Origin: an uncultured Anaerolineales bacterium
GTDB taxonomy: Bacteria; Chloroflexota; Anaerolineae; Anaerolineales; UBA6663
Length of the DNA stretch: 64,000 nucleotides
NCBI GenBank assembly: GCA_964480865.1
Contig: CAYZRP010000008.1
Span: forward strand, 9,080 to 73,079
Reading direction: 5' to 3'
Under the pieces are notes generated by a model. It worked only from the letters and a program-made list of their open reading frames with translations, was not told where the DNA came from and ran no database searches. A program made the translations under genes and the position numbers. Numbering within the stretch: position 1 is the first letter of the stretch; each line of letters starts with the position of its first letter. This document shows, piece after piece, positions 57,603 through 64,000 of the stretch.

Positions 57603-58724
57603 TCACGGCCCTTCGATCACAGCGGCACGAATCTCGGCATCGGTTAAGGGCGCCAGCCCAAGAGCCCACTGTGCATTCATGCGATCGATGTGGACTCTGG
57701 CGAACAACGCGCTGATGGCCGTCCCCGGATGCATGTAGGCATCATCGACAAAACCGTTTGTCGGGCCGCCGCCGCGATGGCGAATATCTACCGACAGGCC
57801 GTCGATCAGGATGAAGTCACCCTGCCGCCGGCTGTCGATCTCGGCTTTCAGCGCGGCATTGAAGTCCCACCAGGCGATCCCATCCGCCTGAAGCGCCACC
57901 CTGACGCGCTCGTTGACGTAGGCGAAGGCGTCCGCCACCCGCTTCTGACCAGTGGGATCGGGCATTGCGCTACGTCCGGGTTCCGGCACGAGATCCAGAT
58001 ACAAATAATCCTGAATACTGGCGACGATCAGTCTTCCGGGCGCCACCGCGTTGATCTGGCGGGCCGCCGAGATGATGTTGTCCGCGATGGTATCAAGCGG
58101 ACCGCGCCCGATCGGCACACCGGCATAGATTTGAAGTGAGAGATTGTTCGCGTTGAAGTCATTGATGCCGATCTGCATCAAGACATGCGTGACCTCTCCG
58201 CTTCGTAACTGAGCCACGACACCTGGAACCTGAGCGGAGAGCGCATCGCCAGAGGTCGCTCCAGAGCGCGCCCAGTCGAACTCATAGCCAGTGCGTCGGC
58301 TGCCGCCCCAGGCTCCCCAATCGCCGAGCTGCAAATGGCGTTCGTGGGCCAACACCTCTACCCAGTTCCAGGCCGGCCGAGCATTTTCGGGCGCCTGGTA
58401 CTCATCCTGGGTGCTGTCGCCGACGATGGCGATGCGCAACGCTTGCGGCGTCGGGCCCGGGAGCGGCGTCGGGCCCGGGAGCGGCGTCGGGGTGGGCGAG
58501 ACCACCGTCGAGCCAGCAGCTTTCAGGAGCGCCGATAGATATAGCGTGTTCCCCGAGGATCCGCTTTGAGCGGCTGCCTGCAAAGGGGCGACACCAACGA
58601 TGGCGATCAGCATCGATGCCAGCACGATTCGTATCAAGGAGGAACGCGTCCACCATCCCCCCGTCTGACTCAATCTGACGATTGACCTACGCTGCTGGAC
58701 CTCGATCGATCCATGAACCGCCAT
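57603..58724 (-). CDS. Secreted SGNH/GDSL-family hydrolase
   Basis: Signal/TM segment, a (PLPGPT) repeat linker, block I IAIVGDSTQDEY, and SGNH-like later blocks. Confidence 0.7.
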   Translation of the reverse strand: MAVHGSIEVQQRRSIVRLSQTGGWWTRSSLIRIVLASMLIAIVGVAPLQAAAQSGSSGNTLYLSALLKAAGSTVVSPTPTPLPGPTPLPGPTPQALRIAIVGDSTQDEYQAPENARPAWNWVEVLAHERHLQLGDWGAWGGSRRTGYEFDWARSGATSGDALSAQVPGVVAQLRSGEVTHVLMQIGINDFNANNLSLQIYAGVPIGRGPLDTIADNIISAARQINAVAPGRLIVASIQDYLYLDLVPEPGRSAMPDPTGQKRVADAFAYVNERVRVALQADGIAWWDFNAALKAEIDSRRQGDFILIDGLSVDIRHRGGGPTNGFVDDAYMHPGTAISALFARVHIDRMNAQWALGLAPLTDAEIRAAVIEGP

Positions 58725-58741
58725 TGTGCCTCTTTCTCGCG

Positions 58742-59599
58742 CTATCCCGTGGCGACCAACCTGTTGTCGATGCGCCCGATGCCGTCAATCTCACACGTGA
58801 CAACATCGCCGGGCTTGAGGAATTCCGGGGGTGTACGCGCGAACCCCACACCGCTGGGTGTGCCGGTCGAAATGATATCGCCCGGCAGCAAGGTCATGCC
58901 CTTGGACAGCCACTCGATCATGGCCGGGATGTCGAAAATGAAGTCGGCCGTCGTCGACTCCTGCTTGAGCACGCCGTTGACCTTGCAGCGCAGAGTCAGC
59001 GCATGCGGATCGGGGATCTCGTCGGCCGTGACGATCCAGGGGCCCATCGGGCAGGTGTCGTCGAGGCTCTTGCCTCTGAAGAACTGGCCGCCGTGCGCGT
59101 TCTGGATGTCGCGCGCCGAGACGTCGTTGATGATCGTGTAGCCGAAGACGTGGTCGAGCGCCTGATCGCGCGAGATGTTCTTGGCACGCTTGCCGATGAC
59201 GACCGCAAGTTCGACCTCCCAGTCGTACTGGGTCGTCAACGCGAAATCGAGATGCAAGTCACTGGTCGGCCCGGTGACGGCTGTGGTCGCCTTGGTGAAG
59301 ATCACGGGCACTGTCGGCATGACCACTGGCAGGTTCTTGGCCCGCAGGCTCTCTGCGGCGTGCTCGGCATAGTTCATGCCCAGGCACAAGATATTGCGGC
59401 GTGGCTCCCCGATCGGCGCCAGCAGACGCAGACCGGCCAGGGCGATCGGCGGCGCGGTGTTCGCGCGGGCCCGCTCGAGCCCGGACGGTCCGAGCGCGAT
59501 CAGGTCGGTCATCGACAGCCCGGGGATCGGCGTAACAGTATCGCCCTCAACACGACCGAGTTGACGCCCGCCGGCCGCCGCGTATGTGATGAAGCGCAT
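58742..59599 (-). CDS. Fumarylacetoacetate hydrolase (FAH)-family protein
   Basis: CLGMNYAEH, the pair WEVELAVVIGK / INDVSARD, and DIISTGTPSGVG are typical of the FAH fold. Confidence 0.85.
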   Translation of the reverse strand: MRFITYAAAGGRQLGRVEGDTVTPIPGLSMTDLIALGPSGLERARANTAPPIALAGLRLLAPIGEPRRNILCLGMNYAEHAAESLRAKNLPVVMPTVPVIFTKATTAVTGPTSDLHLDFALTTQYDWEVELAVVIGKRAKNISRDQALDHVFGYTIINDVSARDIQNAHGGQFFRGKSLDDTCPMGPWIVTADEIPDPHALTLRCKVNGVLKQESTTADFIFDIPAMIEWLSKGMTLLPGDIISTGTPSGVGFARTPPEFLKPGDVVTCEIDGIGRIDNRLVATG

Positions 59600-59620
59600 G
59601 GTTTCTCCTTAGGTCATCTC

Positions 59621-59679
59621 GACGAAGAACGAATGACGAACGACGAATGCTCATTCGTCGCCGTCATTCGTCTTTCGAC
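59621..59679. repeat. GACGAAN-heptamer hairpin element, copy C (short form)
   Basis: gacgaagaacgaatgacgaacgacgaatg-ct-cattcgtcgccgtcattcgtctttcgac. It lies in the divergent spacer between the FAH gene and the methyltransferase-like gene. Confidence 0.75.
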
Positions 59680-59684
59680 CTCGC

Positions 59685-60512
59685 ATGTTACCATGCTCCA
59701 TCGTGCGACGACCTTCAGCGCGGCCCATCGGCCAACCCACGCGCGGCAAGACTGCGCCAAACAGACTGCGCAAGACCGATATCTTCCTCGCGCTGGCATT
59801 TCCAGAGTTCGTCCGGCACCTGCCCGGGCTCTACATCGACCTGGGTTACGGGGCGTATCCCGTCACCTCCGTCGAAACCCTGGTCCGGCTGCGAGCGTTC
59901 AACCCGGAACTTCGGGTGGTGGGCGTTGAGATCGATCCGGAGCGGGTTGCCGCCGCCCTGCCCGACCGCCAACCCGGGCTCGACTTTCGCCTGGGCGGCT
60001 TCAACCTGCCGCTCGAGCCCGGCGAGCGCGCGGCCGTCGTGAGGGCCTTCAACGTCTTGCGGCAGTACCCGGAATCCGACGTTCCTGGGGCGCTTCAAGC
60101 GCTCGCGGAGGGCATGACCGAGCACGCCCTGCTCATCGAAGGCACTTCAAGCCCCACCGGGCAACTGATGACCTTCAACCTCTTCCAGCAACACGCCAGG
60201 CGCCTCGAGACGCTCGGGCTCGTCCTGGCTCCCAGCCTTCATCGTGATTTCGCGCCGCGGCAGTTGCAGCCCGTGCTGCCGAAGAATTACATCCACCATG
60301 CTGCGCCCGACGGCGCGATTGACGCCTTCTTTGGCACGTGGACGAAAGCCTGGTCCGCAGCACGCGCACACGGGCAGGATCTGCGCCAGGTCTTTTCGGC
60401 CTCTGCGCTGCGATTGCGCGATGCCGGCTATGCGCTTGACCCGCGCCCGGCCCTTCTGCGTCGCGGGTTCTTGTGGCTCAAATCGCCGTGGCCGCTGAGA
60501 AACGACGAATGA
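59685..60512 (+). CDS. Putative class I methyltransferase-like protein
   Basis: YIDLGYGAYP...VVGVEID resembles SAM motif I and post-I. The start is uncertain. The last three codons and the stop lie inside repeat copy D. Confidence 0.5.
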   Translation: MLPCSIVRRPSARPIGQPTRGKTAPNRLRKTDIFLALAFPEFVRHLPGLYIDLGYGAYPVTSVETLVRLRAFNPELRVVGVEIDPERVAAALPDRQPGLDFRLGGFNLPLEPGERAAVVRAFNVLRQYPESDVPGALQALAEGMTEHALLIEGTSSPTGQLMTFNLFQQHARRLETLGLVLAPSLHRDFAPRQLQPVLPKNYIHHAAPDGAIDAFFGTWTKAWSAARAHGQDLRQVFSASALRLRDAGYALDPRPALLRRGFLWLKSPWPLRNDE

Positions 60513-60570
60513 CGAATGACGAAGGTTGAATGGCCGCCCAACCTTCGTCATTCGTCCATCGTCATTCGTC
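60501..60570. repeat. GACGAAN-heptamer hairpin element, copy D
   Basis: aacgacgaatgacgaatgacgaaggt-tgaatggccgccca-accttcgtcattcgtccatcgtcattcgtc, between convergent genes. Confidence 0.8.
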
Positions 60571-60579
60571 ATGCATTCA

Positions 60580-62358
60580 TTACTGCTCCAGCTTCCAGTT
60601 CTGCACGTCCCAGGTCATGGAGCCCCAGGTGCTCACAGTGTAGCCCGAGAGCCTGGAAGAGAAACCGTAGCCGTCCTGAAAAACGTATAGGTACAGTTGC
60701 GGAAGCTCGTCCTGCACCAGTTTGCCCAGTTCGCAGTAGGCCTGTTTGCGGGTGGCCTGATCGAAGGTGCCGCCGGCGGTGGCGATGAGCGTGTCGGCCT
60801 CAGGGCTCACCCAGCGGAAATAGTTGTCGCCGTCCGGGTTGTCGGGTCCGGGAATGCTTGAGGTGAGGAAGTAGGCCGCCACTTCCTGCTGCGGCTCGAT
60901 CGTGAAGCTGCGATCATAGATGAGCATGTCGAAGTCGCCGGTCTTGCGCGGCGACCCGTCGCCGTAGCTGCCGAAGATGATCGAAAAGTCATAATTGACG
61001 ATGTTGACTTCGATACCGACTTCCTTCCATTGCTCGACCAACCACTCTTCGGTCAACTGGAGCGGATCGTAGTTGGTATAGCCCTGCAACTCCAGGGTCA
61101 TGCGCGTGCCGTCCGGGGCGTTCGGGGCACCTTGAGCGACGCGAACACCGTCTGGGCCCACGACCCAGCCGGCTTCATCGAGCAGGCGCCTGGCCTTCTC
61201 GATGTCGAAGGTCTGCTGACGGGGCAGATCGCATTCGTACCATCCATACGCAAACGGGTTCGTCGAGTGGATCACGCCCTGATCGCCGAGGACGTCGTCG
61301 ACCAGCGTGTCGTAATCGACGGCATAGGCCATCGCCTGCCGCACGCGCAGATCGCCGAGGATCGGGTGTGGCTGGCCGGGGCCGGCATCACCGTCACCCG
61401 GAGCACTGAGATTGAAGTCGATGGCCAGGTTCCAGACGCCGGGCACCAACACCTGTTTGGCGACACCGGCCATGCGTAGGTCGTACGTCTCCTGATCGGC
61501 GCCGGGCCAGAGCTGCACGTGAGCGTCGCCCTGCTGCATGAGGGCCTCCTGTGCAGCTTCATCCGGGATGATGCTAAAGATGATGCGGTCGAGAGACGGC
61601 TTGCCGGCCTCGTAGTAATTCGGATTGCGGTCGAGCGTGATGCTCTCTCCGGCGCGCCATTCGCTGACAACGAACGGCCCGGCACCAACGGGTTGTGTGT
61701 TCCACTCCCAATTGAGCATGTCGCCGGGATCACCGGTGGCGTGCTTGGGGAAGATCCCGGCCGAGAACTGACCGAGGTAATCGGGATAGGGCGCCGCGTA
61801 AGTGACGACGGCCGTCAAGGCATCGGGCGTCTCGATCGACGTGATCTCGGCGAACCCACCGGTCTGCGCGAGTGCGCCACTGTCCGGGTTCGAGATCGTC
61901 TGCCAGGTGTGGACGATGTCTTCCGACGTGATCGGCTCGCCGTCGGACCACTTCAGGTCGGGCTTGAGGTGCCAGGTGACCGTCAGCAGATCCTCCGACA
62001 GCCCACCGTTGTCGGCCCCGGGGAGTTCCGTCGCAAGCGCCGGCTGGTACTGGCCATCCGGGTCGACGTAGGTCAGGCCGGTGCCGCTTGTCGCGTCGGC
62101 CACCTGGCGCACGATGGCGGCATCGCCGAGGTAGCGATTGAGCGTGGTGGGCTCTTCGGGGATGATCAACACGATCTGCCCGCCCGCTCCCGCAGGCGCT
62201 TCACCACTGGTGGGCGCCGCGGTCGGCTGATCGACACTGCCGGCGGTTGGCTGATCGGCCGGGGCTGTCGCCTGCGGCGCTGCTGGCGTTGTGCAGGCCG
62301 CCAGCAACAGGCTCAGCCCCAGGCCGACCCGCGTCAATGTGCGCTGAGTAGGGGTCAT
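60580..62358 (-). CDS. ABC transporter substrate-binding lipoprotein (family 5, peptide/nickel type)
   Basis: Lipobox LLLAAC, 592 aa, SBP_bac_5-like sequence. Followed by two Opp/Dpp-type permeases. Confidence 0.85.
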   Translation of the reverse strand: MTPTQRTLTRVGLGLSLLLAACTTPAAPQATAPADQPTAGSVDQPTAAPTSGEAPAGAGGQIVLIIPEEPTTLNRYLGDAAIVRQVADATSGTGLTYVDPDGQYQPALATELPGADNGGLSEDLLTVTWHLKPDLKWSDGEPITSEDIVHTWQTISNPDSGALAQTGGFAEITSIETPDALTAVVTYAAPYPDYLGQFSAGIFPKHATGDPGDMLNWEWNTQPVGAGPFVVSEWRAGESITLDRNPNYYEAGKPSLDRIIFSIIPDEAAQEALMQQGDAHVQLWPGADQETYDLRMAGVAKQVLVPGVWNLAIDFNLSAPGDGDAGPGQPHPILGDLRVRQAMAYAVDYDTLVDDVLGDQGVIHSTNPFAYGWYECDLPRQQTFDIEKARRLLDEAGWVVGPDGVRVAQGAPNAPDGTRMTLELQGYTNYDPLQLTEEWLVEQWKEVGIEVNIVNYDFSIIFGSYGDGSPRKTGDFDMLIYDRSFTIEPQQEVAAYFLTSSIPGPDNPDGDNYFRWVSPEADTLIATAGGTFDQATRKQAYCELGKLVQDELPQLYLYVFQDGYGFSSRLSGYTVSTWGSMTWDVQNWKLEQ

Positions 62359-62406
62359 TGTCTCTCCTCCTGTGACACAGGCAACGAGGGGATCTCGTCG
62401 CCGACC

Positions 62407-63333
62407 TCAACCCTTGGCGCCACGGACCAGGTACGGATCCAGCCCGTCGCGCAAACCATCGCCGATGTAATTCACGGTCATCGCAGCCAGGAAGATCAGG
62501 ACACCCGGGAAGATCGCGAGCCACGGCGCGCGGAAAATGTGCTGCTGCGCTTCTTCCAGGATGTTGCCCCAACTCGCCGTCGGCGGCTGGATGCCAAAGC
62601 CGAGGTAGCTCAGGCCCGACTCGGTGATGATGGCAAACGCCATCTGCAACGTGCCGTTGACCAGGATCGGCCCGAAGCAGTTCGGCAGGATATGGCCGAG
62701 GATGATCCGGGCATCGCTGGCGCCGAGCGCGCGCGCCGCCGTCACAAAGTCCCGCTCACGCAGCACGAGCACGAGACCGCGCACAAGCCGCGCCGTGTAC
62801 ATCCATGACAGCGCGCCGATCACGACGATCACGACCATGACACTGTTCTTGAGCTGCGGGTACGGCAGCTCGCGGAGCAAGGCACTGATCAGGATCAGCA
62901 CGAAGGTCGTCGGGAATGTGAGGAACGCGTCAGTGACGCGCATCAGGATGTTGTCGACCCAGCCGCCGTAGTAGCCGCCGGCCGCGCCGATGGCGGTGCC
63001 GATCCCGAGCGTCAACAGCGTCGATAAAAGACCGACGCTAAGCGAGATCTGGCCGCCATACTGCAACCGCGCCAGCAGGTCACGCCCACGGCTGTCGGTG
63101 CCGAGCCAGTGCGCGGCCGAGGGCGCCTGAAGCTTGTCGGCCGGTGCCTGGTCGTTGGGATCGTAAGGGTTGAGCGGAGCGAGCAACGCGCCCAGGAACA
63201 GGCCGACCAGGACGACGAGCGAGATCACGGCAAGTTTGTGGCGGACAAAGCGTCGCCAGACCTGTCCGACCATACTCTCGGGCAACACCGTCGCGCTTTG
63301 CACAGGCTCGCGCTGCAGGGCGGCGTCAGTCAT
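62407..63333 (-). CDS. ABC transporter permease (OppC/DppC-like)
   Basis: BPD_transp_1-type EAA loop (ARALGASDARIILGHILPN). The start at MTDAALQ overlaps the upstream permease stop by 8 nt. Confidence 0.85.
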   Translation of the reverse strand: MTDAALQREPVQSATVLPESMVGQVWRRFVRHKLAVISLVVLVGLFLGALLAPLNPYDPNDQAPADKLQAPSAAHWLGTDSRGRDLLARLQYGGQISLSVGLLSTLLTLGIGTAIGAAGGYYGGWVDNILMRVTDAFLTFPTTFVLILISALLRELPYPQLKNSVMVVIVVIGALSWMYTARLVRGLVLVLRERDFVTAARALGASDARIILGHILPNCFGPILVNGTLQMAFAIITESGLSYLGFGIQPPTASWGNILEEAQQHIFRAPWLAIFPGVLIFLAAMTVNYIGDGLRDGLDPYLVRGAKG

Positions 63334-64000
63334 AGCGCACCCGTGGGTCGAGCAGACCATAGAGCAGGTCGGCCGCGAGGTTGAACGCCACGATGAGCAC
63401 CGCGTTGATCATCACCACAGCCTGCAGCACCGGATAGTCACGGCCGCGGGCCGCGTCCCAGAAGAGCCGGCCCATACCGGGCCAGGAGAAGATGTTCTCC
63501 ACGAACAACGCGCCGCTGAACACCGAGGGCAGATCGAGCGCCAGCATCGTCACGAGCGGCAACAATGCGTTGCGCGCGGCATGCTTGAAGAGCACGGCGC
63601 TCTCGCGCAGGCCCTTGGCGCGCCCGGTGCGGATGTAGTCTTCGTTGAGGATGTCGCGCATACTCGAGCGCAGGAAGCGCGAGTACCAGGCCACGTATCC
63701 GGCACTGAGGGCGACGGTCGGCAGGACAAGATGCCAGAGCAGGTCAGGCAGGTCGCGCTCTGCCCCGACCGTGCCCATGCCGCCCGCCGGAAACAAGGGA
63801 TCGCCCGTGAACGGGTTCTTCAACCAGATGTAAAAGACCAGGATGAGGATCAGGCCGAGCCAGAACGTCGGCACCGACTGGCCCGCGAAACTCAAAGTCG
63901 TGAGGGCGTGATCGAACCACGAGTACGGCTTGCTCGCGGCCAGAATCCCGGCCGGCACCGCGAGGGCCAGCATCAGCACGAAGGCCGCACTGACCAGCAG
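63326..64000 (-). CDS. ABC transporter permease (OppB/DppB-like), 5' end beyond the window
   Basis: EAA loop region YIRTGRAKGLRESAVLFKHAARNALLP. The frame is open to the window edge. Confidence 0.85.
   Translation of the reverse strand: MLVSAAFVLMLALAVPAGILAASKPYSWFDHALTTLSFAGQSVPTFWLGLILILVFYIWLKNPFTGDPLFPAGGMGTVGAERDLPDLLWHLVLPTVALSAGYVAWYSRFLRSSMRDILNEDYIRTGRAKGLRESAVLFKHAARNALLPLVTMLALDLPSVFSGALFVENIFSWPGMGRLFWDAARGRDYPVLQAVVMINAVLIVAFNLAADLLYGLLDPRVRYD

Noticed and set aside
58445-58492. 18-bp tandem repeat (gcggcgtcgggcccggga x ~2.5).
   Set aside because: It lies inside the SGNH hydrolase CDS and simply encodes the PLPGPT linker repeat on the minus strand. It is not an independent element.

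Overview
High-GC (~66%) bacterial chromosomal segment that is densely coding and mostly housekeeping. The organism cannot be identified from this window; a monoderm Chloroflexota-like lineage is only a guess. No integrase, transposase, phage, CRISPR-Cas or recognisable defence genes were found.

Gene content, left to right:
- A 5'-truncated P1B heavy-metal ATPase, a SAM methyltransferase, and a GMC oxidoreductase with its small subunit.
- A TetR / rifampin-phosphotransferase-like PEP-utilising enzyme / MFS exporter cassette with three copies of one palindromic operator.
- smc, then mtnA divergent from a class II aldolase.
- An rpsF-ssb-rpsR operon coupled to a membrane parvulin PPIase.
- DUF6194, a GNAT, asd and lysC (lysC has a terminator-containing leader), and an ankyrin-repeat protein.
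- A PucR-type regulator divergent from a long purine operon: purS-purS-purL fusion, GNAT, purQ, purC, purE, purK, purF, frameshifted purD, C11 peptidase, purM, purN, CBS-type family II pyrophosphatase.
- A ceramidase-like membrane protein, YfhO, recJ, DUF4870, fmt, a panE-like reductase, an alpha/beta hydrolase and aspA.
- An orphan 2159-aa fully reducing type I PKS (KS-AT-DH-ER-KR-ACP).
- tRNA-Pro(GGG), an SGNH hydrolase, an FAH-family protein, a methyltransferase, and the start of an Opp/Dpp-type ABC transporter.

The most unusual signals are not genes:
- A family of hairpin elements built from tandem heptamers. There are four GACGAAN-type copies, one of them in frame inside purL with all its TGA triplets missing. 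Related heptamer and octamer arrays of other sequence sit at pur-gene junctions.
- A perfect 27-bp inverted repeat embedded in a 36-bp tandem array upstream of yfhO.
- A 2-nt frameshift in the QDHKR motif of purD.
- The stand-alone MAS-like PKS, which has no release domain and no partner genes.

All functional calls rest on motif recognition in the supplied translations. No database search was run.
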